Assembly: GCA_965207455.1 (NCBI GenBank)
Contig: CBDBMJ010000001.1
Coordinates: 800,001-864,000, forward strand
DNA length: 64,000 nt
DNA from: Bdellovibrionota bacterium
GTDB lineage: Bacteria; Bdellovibrionota; UBA1018; CAIPTA01; JAALKR01
Reading direction: 5' to 3'
Each line of letters starts with the position of its first letter. Position 1 is the stretch's first letter. Shown here piece after piece: positions 30,742-41,142 of the stretch. Under the pieces are notes generated by a model, which was not told the DNA's origin, did no database searches, and saw only the letters and a list, made by a program, of their open reading frames with translations. Both the position numbers and the translations under genes were made by a program.

Positions 30742-31717
30742 TGTTTGTTTTCTCCATCCATGGCTTAAAGCACCGAAATATTCTGTCTTTTTCATGGGTA
30801 TTACCAGGAGTTGCTTGCTTACATTTTGTATCCACCCACTTGCACCGAGGGTGGAATTGACAACCACTGGGCCGGTGGATCAAGTCAGGCACAATGCCAG
30901 GAATACTGGGCAAAGGCTCTCGAAAGCCATAATTAATATTTGGAATGGAAGCAATTAAGGCATTTGTATAAGGATGGGCAGGATTTTCCAAAAGCTCACT
31001 ACATTTTCCCTGTTCTATTATTTGTCCAGCATACATAATGATTAAATTTTCAACCGTTTCTCTTACTACATCCATATCATGGGTAATAAAAATAAGAGAC
31101 ATTCCTTTCTTTCTTTGCAGTTCCTTTAATAAGTCTAAAATTTGTGCCTGTATGGTTGCATCTAGCGCAGTAGTGGGCTCATCGGCTATTAGTAATTTAG
31201 GCTCACAGGCCAATGCTATGGCAATCATTACTCTTTGTATCATTCCTCCTGATAATTCATGGGGATAGGATTTCTTGCGCAGGTTAGGATCGGGAATTCC
31301 CACTTGATCCAATAGATCGATTACACAGGCGTCCAGTTCTTTACGAGAGGATTGGGGTTTATGCTTTTTTAGAACTTCTAAAATTTGAAATTCCACTGTA
31401 TAGCATGGGTTGAGGCTGGACTCTTGAAAAATCATAGTAATTTCTTTTCCTCGAATATGGGTCCATGATTTTTCTTTCATTTTCAATAAGTCTGTATTTT
31501 GAAAGGAGAGTTTGCTAGCAGAAATGGTAACATTGGGAGGGTGGAGACCCATAAGAGCTAGGCTCAATACGCTTTTTCCAGAACCGGACTCTCCCACAAT
31601 ACCTAGAGTTTCTCTCTCTTTTATGGAGAAACTCACATTGTCCACAGCTTTTAAAATACCTCGCCCTGTATTGAACTCCACGGTGAGGTCTTTCACTTCT
31701 AATATTGTTTTCTCCAT
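30734..31717 (-). CDS. dppD: Dipeptide ABC transporter ATP-binding subunit
   Basis: GESGSGKS, YPHELSGGM, DEPTTALD, GC.FHPRC. Confidence 0.88.
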   Translation of the reverse strand: MEKTILEVKDLTVEFNTGRGILKAVDNVSFSIKERETLGIVGESGSGKSVLSLALMGLHPPNVTISASKLSFQNTDLLKMKEKSWTHIRGKEITMIFQESSLNPCYTVEFQILEVLKKHKPQSSRKELDACVIDLLDQVGIPDPNLRKKSYPHELSGGMIQRVMIAIALACEPKLLIADEPTTALDATIQAQILDLLKELQRKKGMSLIFITHDMDVVRETVENLIIMYAGQIIEQGKCSELLENPAHPYTNALIASIPNINYGFREPLPSIPGIVPDLIHRPSGCQFHPRCKWVDTKCKQATPGNTHEKDRIFRCFKPWMEKTNNA

Positions 31718-32586
31718 TACCTTGTTTCCTTGGGATCTAGGATATCCCTAAGTCCATCTCCTAACAGATTAAATCCAAAAACGACCAGTAGAATACAAAC
31801 ACCGGGAAGGGTCACTAACCAAGGATTGCTTTCTATAAAGGCACGACCATCGGACAGCATTGTTCCCCACTCTGCGATGGGTGGCTGCGCTCCCAAGCCT
31901 AAAAACCCCAGACCAGCAGCACTTAAAATCCCTTCACTAAAACCAAAGGTGGATTGTACAATCATTGGTGCTAGGCAATTGGGAAGAATATTAATTACTG
32001 CTTGACGAAAGTGACTGGCTCCAATAACCCTAGAGGCCACCACGTATTGTTTGTTTTTTTCTCCTATCACTGAAGCACGCACTAGGCGAATAAATGCAGG
32101 GCAAGCCACTATCCCCACTGCTATAATTGTATTAAACAGATCGGGTCCAAGGATAGCCACCACAACAATTGCCAGTAGTATGCTGGGAATGGACATCATA
32201 ATATCCACTAGTCGCATAATTAAAGTATCCACCCAACCTCCCCAGTAGCCTGCCAGCAGTCCAAGGGATGAGCCAATAGTAAGGGAGAAAAACACGGAGA
32301 AAAAACCAATTCCTAGGGAAATTCTTGTGCCATAGATAAGTCGGCTAAGAAAATCTCGTCCCACATCGTCTGTTCCCAATAAAAATTTCCAAGAATAGCC
32401 GTCATTCCAGAAAGGAGGTATTCTGTATTGTCCATCATGGATGAGGGATGGGGAGTGGGGAGCTAATAGGGGAGCAAAAATAGCGATAAATAAAAAAACA
32501 ACTACAATGATGAAACCCAGGAAAGCATGTTTATTTTGCTTAAGGTGGTAGTACGTTTCTTTTACCCAAAATTCCATTATTTTCAT
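31717..32586 (-). CDS. dppC: Dipeptide ABC transporter permease
   Basis: LGTDDVGRD.LSRLIYG, ILPNCLAP, LGAQPP..EWG. Confidence 0.9.
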   Translation of the reverse strand: MKIMEFWVKETYYHLKQNKHAFLGFIIVVVFLFIAIFAPLLAPHSPSLIHDGQYRIPPFWNDGYSWKFLLGTDDVGRDFLSRLIYGTRISLGIGFFSVFFSLTIGSSLGLLAGYWGGWVDTLIMRLVDIMMSIPSILLAIVVVAILGPDLFNTIIAVGIVACPAFIRLVRASVIGEKNKQYVVASRVIGASHFRQAVINILPNCLAPMIVQSTFGFSEGILSAAGLGFLGLGAQPPIAEWGTMLSDGRAFIESNPWLVTLPGVCILLVVFGFNLLGDGLRDILDPKETR

Positions 32587-33596
32587 CTGTATACTCGTAG
32601 TTTTGGATCAATAATAAGGTAGGAAAAATCAACCAGCATGTTTATAGTCATTATCACTAGAGCAATACAAAGTATTCCTCCTTGGATGACGGGATAATCC
32701 CTTGCTGTTACCGATTCCACAATCCATCGTCCAATACCGGGCCAAGAAAAGATAGTTTCAGTTAAGATAGCTCCAGCTAAAACAGTACCCACCATTAATC
32801 CCGTTATGGTCACCACTGGAATTAAAGCATTACGAAGTCCATGTACGAAAATCACACGAAAGTTCGACAAGCCCTTGGCCCTAGCCCCTCGAATATATTC
32901 TTCATTTAAAACCTCTATCATACTCGATCGGGTCATACGAGCCACCACTGCTAAAGGAATAGTGCTAAGGGCAAGTGTGGGAAGAATAAGGTGGCGTAGA
33001 GCAGACCAAAAGGAATCGATTCCATCTTCACTAAACCAAGTGTCTACAAGCATAAAGCCTGTAATGAATTCCACATCGTAGATGGCACTGATCCTGCCTG
33101 AGACAGGAGTCCATCCCAGATGCACAGAAAAGAAAAGAATTAAAATCAGTCCCCACCAAAAGATAGGCATGGAGTAGCCAATAAGAGAAATGCCCATAAG
33201 CACATTGTCGTATAGAGAGTTTTTCTTCACAGCAGCGATGATCCCACAGGGAACGCCCAGCAGTAAAGCTAGAAAAATAGATAATAATCCCAGTTCTACG
33301 GTGGCAGGAAATCGACCAAAAAATTCTTCGGAGACTGGTCTTTTGGACACAATGGACGTGCCTAAATCTCCTTGAAATACATTGAAGATATAATGGAAGT
33401 ATTGTTCTACAAGTGGACGATCCAGACCTAGATTTTTTTCCATGGCTTTGTATCTAGCTGGATCCCCTCCCCTCTCTCCCAGCATTAACAGTACAGGGTC
33501 TCCTGGAACTAATCGTATTAGACCAAAGGCTAGGACACTAACACCTAAAAAGGTAAGAAATAGAATAAAAAATTTTCGACAAAAAAACCGGAGCAT
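32583..33596 (-). CDS. dppB: Dipeptide ABC transporter permease
   Basis: PGDPV...GERG, SMPIFWWG, ARMTRSSM, ETIFSWPG. Confidence 0.9.
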   Translation of the reverse strand: MLRFFCRKFFILFLTFLGVSVLAFGLIRLVPGDPVLLMLGERGGDPARYKAMEKNLGLDRPLVEQYFHYIFNVFQGDLGTSIVSKRPVSEEFFGRFPATVELGLLSIFLALLLGVPCGIIAAVKKNSLYDNVLMGISLIGYSMPIFWWGLILILFFSVHLGWTPVSGRISAIYDVEFITGFMLVDTWFSEDGIDSFWSALRHLILPTLALSTIPLAVVARMTRSSMIEVLNEEYIRGARAKGLSNFRVIFVHGLRNALIPVVTITGLMVGTVLAGAILTETIFSWPGIGRWIVESVTARDYPVIQGGILCIALVIMTINMLVDFSYLIIDPKLRVYR

Positions 33597-35201
33597 TTAT
33601 TGACGTATGTCCACTCCATACAAGGAATCATCTCCTACTCCATTGATAAGGAAGCCTTTTACATTGCTTCGAACTGCACGATAAACGATGGAATGGGCAA
33701 TGGGTACCCAAGGGTTTTGTTGTTTAAATATCTTTTGGGCTTTTAGGTAGTAATTTTTTCTCACCTTTCTATTCGTATTAGATTGGGCTTGCTCCACTAA
33801 ATCATTAAATGGTTTATAGCACCATCTGGCCACGTTACCGCCTGTCTTCACTGCTGCACAGCCCAGTAATATGTGAAGAAAATTATCCGGGTCTCCATTA
33901 TCTCCAGACCAACCCAATTGAATCATTTGGTGTTCCCCGTCTCTGGATTTTTTTAAATAGGTGGGCCAATCGTAACTTATTAATTTTATTTTTACACCAA
34001 CCTTGGCTAAGTCCGATTGAATCATCTCTCCCATCTTCTTCCCGGATGGATTGTAGGGACGACTAACGGGTAGGGTCCAAAGCTCGGCAGAAAAACCTTC
34101 CGGATAGCCAGCTTTTATAAGTAATTGCTTAGCCTTTTTTATGTCATAGCCATGGTCCTTTATTTTTTCATTATAACTCCACATAGTGGGAGGAATGGGG
34201 TTTTTAGCAACTTGGGCGTGCCCCAAGTAAATAGCTTTTATATAGGCACTTCGATTAAGGGCATGGTAAATAGCTTGACGAACAATCACATTATTAAATG
34301 GTTTTTTCTCCACATTCATGGCTATATAGCCCACATTCAAACCAGGTTTACTAAGAACAGTGATGTCAGTATTTTTTTCCATGCTTATTAGATCTGCGGG
34401 GGATGGGTGTGTAACAATATGGCACTCTCCCGTACGAATTTTCTGGTAGCGCACGCTAGGGTCTTTCGTAATAGCAAATACAACTTTATCTAGTGGCGAC
34501 TTTCCAAGAAAATAAGAAGGGTTTGCTGTATAGTGAATCGTGGAATCCTTCACATAACGTTGAAAAATAAAGGCTCCTGTTCCCACAGATAAAGTGTCCA
34601 CTTTTTCAGGTGTACCTGCCTTGAGCATTTTCATGGCGTACTCTTCGGACAATATACTAGCAAAATGCATTCCCATATTTGCTAAAAATGGTGCCACTGG
34701 TTTGCTTAAGAGGAACTCTACCGTATAATCATCTACTTTTTTAATGTCTTTAATGATTTTATTCATTTCCATCCCTAAAAAATAATCATAATTTCCTCCG
34801 CTAATTTTATGGAAGGGGTGAGTTTTTAGCCGTTGACGATTAAAAGAGAACAGCACATCCGTTGCATTAAAATCCCGGGTGGGTTCAAAAATTTTTGTGG
34901 AGTGGAATTTTATTCCTTTGCGCAAATAAAAAGTATAGCTTTTACCGTCTTTGGCAATTTTCCATGAACTTGCTAGTGAGGGAATTATCTCAGTGGTTCC
35001 AGGCTTAAAGGCCACAAGGCGATTATAAATCATATTTGCCCCTGCCACCAAGGAGGGACCATCGGTTGCTATTTGGGGATTAAAGCTACTGGGACTCCCC
35101 TCAGAGCAATACACCAGCACTTTCTTCTTTGCTCCCATTGCACCCAACGGTGTAAAAAAAAGGCAAAAAACAATAAATAAGGGATAATAATTCTTCTGCA
35201 T
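33597..35201 (-). CDS. dppA: Dipeptide ABC transporter substrate-binding protein
   Basis: LVYCSEGSP..FNP, RPYNP, GW.GDNGDPDNF. ATG at 35201 after GGAGG. Confidence 0.92.
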   Translation of the reverse strand: MQKNYYPLFIVFCLFFTPLGAMGAKKKVLVYCSEGSPSSFNPQIATDGPSLVAGANMIYNRLVAFKPGTTEIIPSLASSWKIAKDGKSYTFYLRKGIKFHSTKIFEPTRDFNATDVLFSFNRQRLKTHPFHKISGGNYDYFLGMEMNKIIKDIKKVDDYTVEFLLSKPVAPFLANMGMHFASILSEEYAMKMLKAGTPEKVDTLSVGTGAFIFQRYVKDSTIHYTANPSYFLGKSPLDKVVFAITKDPSVRYQKIRTGECHIVTHPSPADLISMEKNTDITVLSKPGLNVGYIAMNVEKKPFNNVIVRQAIYHALNRSAYIKAIYLGHAQVAKNPIPPTMWSYNEKIKDHGYDIKKAKQLLIKAGYPEGFSAELWTLPVSRPYNPSGKKMGEMIQSDLAKVGVKIKLISYDWPTYLKKSRDGEHQMIQLGWSGDNGDPDNFLHILLGCAAVKTGGNVARWCYKPFNDLVEQAQSNTNRKVRKNYYLKAQKIFKQQNPWVPIAHSIVYRAVRSNVKGFLINGVGDDSLYGVDIRQ

Positions 35202-35313
35202 ATAACCTCCTAAAAAATATAAAACCAAGTAGTCTGTGTTTATTCTTACCACTACTTTCCTATATTGGTCAAAGTCTCTAGGTTAAGCTGTTTTTCGCAT
35301 AGCATTATTATGT

Positions 35314-35386
35314 TTGCATTAGGATGCTTGCATTAGGATGCTTGCGATGCTTGCATTACGATGCTTGCATTACGATGCTTGCATTA
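35314..35386. repeat. ~5 x 14-bp tandem repeat TTGCATTA(G/C)GATGC in the divergent promoter region
   Basis: Four full copies, one internally deleted copy and one partial copy. Confidence 0.88.
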
Positions 35387-35427
35387 TTTTTCTATTGATA
35401 AATTCTCTAAAAAGCCGAAAGGAAAGC

Positions 35428-36933
35428 ATGGCATGGTTGTATAAAAAGAAGGCTAGCGTGGATGGTATTTTCCTTGATATTTCCCCTTTTCCCGTACTCA
35501 GGGTCACGGAAGAAGGCATCCTGCTATACGCCAACGCTGCCAGTAAGAAATTATTACTGGCATGGAAAACAAAAATTGGTAGGAAAATCCCTGAATCCAT
35601 TAAATGTCTCACCTATTCGTCTTTAATGGAGAGGCAACCCAGCACTTTTGAGTGTGAGGTTCAAGAGGAAATTCATAGAATCACAGCAGTGCCTGTATGG
35701 GAAAAAAAATACGTCAATCTCTATGGACAAAATATTACTCAAGAGAAAAAAATAGAAGAAAGTCTTCTGGAAGAAAAAGAAATTGCTCTCAACGCAATTC
35801 AAACAAAATCAAATTTTCTAGCAAATATGAGTCATGAGATACGAACGCCAATGAATGGAATTATTGGTATCATCAGTTTATTAATAGATACAAAGCTATC
35901 TCCTGCACAAAAAGAACAGGTAAGTATCATTAAAGATTCTGCGGATACTCTGCTCATACTTATTAATGATATTCTAGATTACTCTAAGATTGAAGCTGGT
36001 CAGATAAATATTCAATATGACGCTTTCAATATGGAAGATGCATTAAGAAACATTATTAAGCTATTGGAAGTAAAGGCAGAAGAAAAAGGAATTGAATTAT
36101 CCTACCAGACAGATGAAAATTTTCCAAAATGGGTCAATGGAGATAAAACAAGAATTGTACAAGTTATTACAAACCTTCTGAGCAATTCCATAAAATTCAC
36201 ACAAAAGGGTTCCGTGAAACTTACAGGGAAAATAAAGGAAGAAAAAAAGAGCAGTTATAAATTAGAATTTTTAGTAAAGGATACGGGAATAGGTATTTCT
36301 GATAAAGTTAAAAAAGAAGTGTTCAAGCCTTTCCAACAAGCAGATGCATCCACAACAAGGGAATTCGGAGGAACGGGGCTTGGTCTATCCATTAGCCGAC
36401 AACTTAGCCATCTCATGGGAGGCAACCTATACATGAAAAGCACGGTGGGTAAAGGCACCACTGCTTATTTTAATTTTTTAACAGTAAAGGTGGAAAAAGA
36501 TTTTATAGAGAAGAAGGAAAGCAAAAAAGAAAAAAGGCACATACCAGAAAATTTAAAAATCTTATTAGTAGATGATGGAGCCATTAATCGACTGGTGGCT
36601 GTTAAAATGTTGGAAAAGATAAATATAAGTTGCGAAGTAGCTGAGAATGGAATAGAAGCTATTGAGAAATTGAGAGAGAATCCATACGACATCATTCTTA
36701 TGGATTGTTTAATGCCCAAGCTCGACGGATTTGAAGCAACAAAAATAATTAAAAAAGAATGGAGCAAAGAAAAATGCCCAAGAATCATTGCTATAACTGC
36801 AAATGCCATGCCTGAAGATAAAGAAAAATGCTTAAATGCTGGTATGGATGATTATATAAGCAAACCAATCTCTATAGAAACCTTAACCAGCGCTTTAGAA
36901 AAATGTACTCCCATAAATAAAGGAGTCAAATGA
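35428..36933 (+). CDS. Hybrid sensor histidine kinase / receiver
   Basis: FLANMSHEIRTPMNG, NLLSNSIKFT, DTGIG, GGTGLGL, C-terminal REC (ILMD, KP). Confidence 0.92.
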   Translation: MAWLYKKKASVDGIFLDISPFPVLRVTEEGILLYANAASKKLLLAWKTKIGRKIPESIKCLTYSSLMERQPSTFECEVQEEIHRITAVPVWEKKYVNLYGQNITQEKKIEESLLEEKEIALNAIQTKSNFLANMSHEIRTPMNGIIGIISLLIDTKLSPAQKEQVSIIKDSADTLLILINDILDYSKIEAGQINIQYDAFNMEDALRNIIKLLEVKAEEKGIELSYQTDENFPKWVNGDKTRIVQVITNLLSNSIKFTQKGSVKLTGKIKEEKKSSYKLEFLVKDTGIGISDKVKKEVFKPFQQADASTTREFGGTGLGLSISRQLSHLMGGNLYMKSTVGKGTTAYFNFLTVKVEKDFIEKKESKKEKRHIPENLKILLVDDGAINRLVAVKMLEKINISCEVAENGIEAIEKLRENPYDIILMDCLMPKLDGFEATKIIKKEWSKEKCPRIIAITANAMPEDKEKCLNAGMDDYISKPISIETLTSALEKCTPINKGVK

Positions 36934-38033
36934 AAAAAGTGCTCGTAGTTGATGACGATAAATCCACAAGAACTATTCTACGATCTATTTTAGAAAAAAA
37001 TGGATATATTGTAACTGAATGTAGCGATGGAAACGAAGCATGGGATAGAATACAAAAGCCTTCTTCCCCTCAGCTTATTCTCACGGATTGGCTTATGCCA
37101 AATCTCAATGGCATTGAACTATGTGAGAAGATAAGAAAAATGAAAGAAAAAAACACATTTTTCTATATTATAATAATTACTTTAAATAATAAAATCCAAG
37201 AAATCACCCGTGCCTTAAACTCTGGAGCAGACGATCATGTATCCAAGCCTTTTGTACAAAAAGAGCTTATTGCAAGAATAGCCGTGGGATTTCGAATGAT
37301 AGAACTGCAAAGAAAACTTGATATGGAAAGAGCCAAAAGAATTCATCTGGGGAAAATGGCTGCCATCGCAGAAACAACATCAGGAATTGCTCATGAAATT
37401 AATAATCCATTGTTTGTATTACAGGGAAATATGGAAAAAATAATAAACGTAATTAAAAATAAAGAAAACACACAAAAAGCATATATTCCTGCAGAAAATA
37501 TGCAAAAATCCATCAATCGTATTCAAAAAATAATAAAGGGTCTATATATATTCTCTGAAAAAGAAATAGGTATAAAAAACAAAATAAAAATAAATGACAT
37601 TATGGAAACTATGCTCAATACATGCAAAGAAAAATTAAAAAAACATAAAATAAACATAACATACGAAAATAAAGACTCTGAATTATTTTTAGATTGCTCT
37701 CCATCTCAAATTTCCCAATGCCTATTCAATATAGTGAAAAACTCATGGGAATCCATAGAGAATAAACAAGAAAAATGGATACACATAATAATAAAAGAAA
37801 GTCAAGATAATATTCAAATCAATGTTTTAGATAGTGGAGATAAATTAGAAGAAAAAATTATCAATAAAATATTCATGCCTTTTTTTACCCATAATAAAGA
37901 AAATACCCATACGGGGCTGGGACTCAGCATTGCTCAAGGATATGCCCACGCCCATAACGGTGAAGTAATCTACGATAAAAAATCAAAAAATACTTGCTTT
38001 GTATTGATTCTACCTAAGCAACAGAGACTATAG
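36930..38033 (+). CDS. Receiver-histidine kinase hybrid
   Basis: N-terminal REC (VVDDD, DWLMP, KPF), HEINNPL, TGLGL. ATGA overlap with the previous gene. Confidence 0.88.
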   Translation: MKKVLVVDDDKSTRTILRSILEKNGYIVTECSDGNEAWDRIQKPSSPQLILTDWLMPNLNGIELCEKIRKMKEKNTFFYIIIITLNNKIQEITRALNSGADDHVSKPFVQKELIARIAVGFRMIELQRKLDMERAKRIHLGKMAAIAETTSGIAHEINNPLFVLQGNMEKIINVIKNKENTQKAYIPAENMQKSINRIQKIIKGLYIFSEKEIGIKNKIKINDIMETMLNTCKEKLKKHKINITYENKDSELFLDCSPSQISQCLFNIVKNSWESIENKQEKWIHIIIKESQDNIQINVLDSGDKLEEKIINKIFMPFFTHNKENTHTGLGLSIAQGYAHAHNGEVIYDKKSKNTCFVLILPKQQRL

Positions 38034-38064
38034 ATTTTTTTTCATCTATTGTTAACTAAAATCC

Positions 38065-40944
38065 CTACCAACTTCCTTTATGATATGGGTAACAACCATT
38101 TGTGGTTTTAGTCCAAGTTCCATTACTATTACAGCGATAAGAACAAGATCCTTTGAATTGCTTAAAGCAAAACCATCTTCCTCCCCTTGGACCACCCCAA
38201 ACACAACCTTTAGTTTGACCAGGCTTCTGAGAGTATCCGTTTGTAACATTTGGTCCAGCAGCACAAGTGCCTGTTTTATTACCTGCGGTATTGCTCCTAC
38301 CCATCCTACACTCAGCTCGCAGTTTCCCTGCCCAGAGTATATTATCACCCTTAGGTGCGAGAGTCCCTTTAAAATTTTGAGCTGAACAACTTGCCGCTGT
38401 TGCTAGAGTACAGGCTTTATTTTTATTCCAGTATGTGGTGCCGTTTGATCTTTTTTTACAGGTATAGTTACAAGTACCTGTATACTTACCGCCACATTTA
38501 CCTTTAACAGCGGCGTTGAGATCAGATATTCTTAAGGAACAACCAGCTATATTTTTAGGCGCACACTGGGGCGCAGGAACAGGAGCCACTTCATAGGATC
38601 CACATGAATTTTTAGATTTAGTCCATCGCCCATTAGTCGTATTGCACTTATAGGAACACTTATTAGTAGATGGATTTGTTACTCTGCAAATTTTTACACG
38701 CTTCCCAAACTTACCCTGATAACGACAGGTTTTAGAAACTCTCGAGCAAGTACCATTTACAATACCATTAGTACGGGCGCGAGAAAGAGTACATTTTAAT
38801 TTTTTAGGCTTGTCACCACCCGTCCAATTGGACTCAGATGCAGGAAACGTCTTTCCAACACAATCTTTTTTTGGTGCTGGTGCTGGGGTGGTCACTATCC
38901 TTGTATGACAGTTATTCTTTTCAAACCTCCAATTACCGCGAGAGCAATTATAAATACAAGAACCACCAGGAACTTCGCATTTTTTCTTACGATTATCGCC
39001 TCTTCCAACAAAAGTACAATCTGGCTTATGCTGATTGCAGACACCTTTTTTATTAACAGCATTATACTCGTTAGGTAAAACGCAAGTCCTTCTTCTATCT
39101 GATGGAGAAAAAGTCGATCCTATTTTACTAATCCTTTTTGCGTAACATTGAACTACCGGAGCAGGTACAGATTTTTTAACTTGCTTACAAGTATTACTTT
39201 TCTTTCTCCAGTTACCGTCCATACACTTATACCTACAGCTCGCTCCATTAACTCTACTAAAGAAAACTCTCTTACGATTTCCATACTCTCCCTCATAGCG
39301 AGTCGCACTGGACACCAGACAATCGCCTGTTTGTTTCGTATCATAAGTACCTCTAGAGAGAGCACACGCCACCTTTGAATGTTTACGTCCAAGACTAGCA
39401 TCAGATTCACTGGCTGAAATTGTTTCTGCTACACAATTACGTGGCGATGGTAAGGGAGCTGGAGTTCTTACGCCTCTCTTTCTACAATTATTCTCAATTC
39501 TTGTCCAAGATCCACTTTCGGAACATTCGTAATTACAAGAACCACCGCTGATATCACAAACTTTCTCACGATCAGCATACTTCCCTTCAAAACGGCAATC
39601 TTGTGATGTCTCACTACAAAATCCAGATCTAGATTCATTTTTTAAAGCAGGGCCAAGGTTGCAAGTTAATGCTCTGGAAGAACTGGCCGAAGACTCATCT
39701 TTATCTGTCAATAAACCGACACAATCGTCATCATATTTATATAAAGTAAGTTTATCTATGGGTTTCACCCATTTTGCTGAACCATTACTTAACTGACCAT
39801 AGGTATTATCTCCCCAACACTTTGCTTTTTTATTAGGCAGTACTAAACAGCCATGGGGAGTATCAGTAAAACTAACGTCAATCTGAGTAGCTGAAAACTT
39901 TCTAACTAATGCGGGAACTTCATAAATAGTACCGTCTATAGTTCCCCAGCACATTAAAGTATTGTCTACTAAACTAGCGCAAACAGAGTCTCTAAAAGAA
40001 AAAACATTTTTCATTTGGCTTAGTTTTTGAACAACAGAGGGAGGGGCATTTTTTGTGGTCGTATTGTTCCCTAATTGCCCCAAACTACCATCTCCCCAGC
40101 ACTGAACAGAAGCATTATCTAAAAAAGCACAAGTGCTTTTTTTCCCTGCACTAACTTGTATTGCATTGCTAATGCCAGTTACCGTTTCAGATGCAATTAA
40201 CTGATTTCCATTATTTTCGCCACCTATGCCGAGTCGAGCATTGTTACGAAGTCCCCAGCACCGTAAAGATCCGTTATTCATTCTTGCACAGCTATGTGAC
40301 ACACCAACAGAAATTTGAACAATGTTTTCAAGGCGACTGTTTCTACTGGCCAATAGATATGTGGGTCGAGAAGCATTAGTTTTGGAATTATCTCCCACCT
40401 GACCATCGTTATTCTTCCCCCAACATTTAGCATCGCTATTAGCAGTGAGAGCACAGGCAGTGTTTAGACCCACCGAAATCTGAGTAATATCTGCAAGATC
40501 AATAAGTTTAGTTGGAAATTTTTGATCAAGCTCTCCACCTATACCCAAATTTCCAAAACGATTATGCCCCCAACACCATACAGATCCGTTCCGCAAACGC
40601 GCACAGGTGAAACCCTCACCAGCACCAATTTCAACCACATTAGTGAGTTTTGTTTTCGGATTAGTGCTTATTAAAACAGGCGCAGGAGATAATACAATAT
40701 CCTCACTTGAACCCACACCTAATAAACCAGAAGAATTCTTTCCCCAGCACCATACAGTATAATCCGTAAGAAGAGCACAGGAGTGATTTTTTCCTGTGGC
40801 AATTTGTAGTACCTTTAATTCCACTGCAGAGACATTTTCTTCAACCAGAAATTCTTCCGCTAACGTAAATTGACCCCAAACACTACATAAACCAATGATC
40901 CCTAGCACACCTAGCGCAAACAGCTTCCGACAATTTCTCAACAT
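38065..40944 (-). CDS. Secreted RCC1-repeat protein with six C-terminal Cys-rich repeats
   Basis: Signal peptide, then repeated (H)SCA...V.CWG.N..GQLG units, then six C..C.Y.C..G.W...N.C units joined by PAP linkers. TTGACA-N17-TATATA upstream. Confidence 0.85.
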   Translation of the reverse strand: MLRNCRKLFALGVLGIIGLCSVWGQFTLAEEFLVEENVSAVELKVLQIATGKNHSCALLTDYTVWCWGKNSSGLLGVGSSEDIVLSPAPVLISTNPKTKLTNVVEIGAGEGFTCARLRNGSVWCWGHNRFGNLGIGGELDQKFPTKLIDLADITQISVGLNTACALTANSDAKCWGKNNDGQVGDNSKTNASRPTYLLASRNSRLENIVQISVGVSHSCARMNNGSLRCWGLRNNARLGIGGENNGNQLIASETVTGISNAIQVSAGKKSTCAFLDNASVQCWGDGSLGQLGNNTTTKNAPPSVVQKLSQMKNVFSFRDSVCASLVDNTLMCWGTIDGTIYEVPALVRKFSATQIDVSFTDTPHGCLVLPNKKAKCWGDNTYGQLSNGSAKWVKPIDKLTLYKYDDDCVGLLTDKDESSASSSRALTCNLGPALKNESRSGFCSETSQDCRFEGKYADREKVCDISGGSCNYECSESGSWTRIENNCRKRGVRTPAPLPSPRNCVAETISASESDASLGRKHSKVACALSRGTYDTKQTGDCLVSSATRYEGEYGNRKRVFFSRVNGASCRYKCMDGNWRKKSNTCKQVKKSVPAPVVQCYAKRISKIGSTFSPSDRRRTCVLPNEYNAVNKKGVCNQHKPDCTFVGRGDNRKKKCEVPGGSCIYNCSRGNWRFEKNNCHTRIVTTPAPAPKKDCVGKTFPASESNWTGGDKPKKLKCTLSRARTNGIVNGTCSRVSKTCRYQGKFGKRVKICRVTNPSTNKCSYKCNTTNGRWTKSKNSCGSYEVAPVPAPQCAPKNIAGCSLRISDLNAAVKGKCGGKYTGTCNYTCKKRSNGTTYWNKNKACTLATAASCSAQNFKGTLAPKGDNILWAGKLRAECRMGRSNTAGNKTGTCAAGPNVTNGYSQKPGQTKGCVWGGPRGGRWFCFKQFKGSCSYRCNSNGTWTKTTNGCYPYHKGSW

Positions 40945-41142
40945 AATTATTCTCCCTTTATTTTAATAATATATAGCCCATAAAACAGCATATGTCAAGA
41001 CATAAAATAGCTCTTTTTAAGGGTATAATGCCAGTAATTACGTTCTTACAATGCTCTGGTTCCTAGAGATTGAGGCACCTGCTCGATAGCATAAAAGTGC
41101 ACCGCTAGATTTGTATGATGCTTGCTAAAATTTGTTTTGCCT

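Noticed and set aside
35338..35427. N-terminal extension of the hybrid kinase
   Set aside because: It is a translation of the 14-bp repeat. ATG 35428 has an SD (GAAAGGA).
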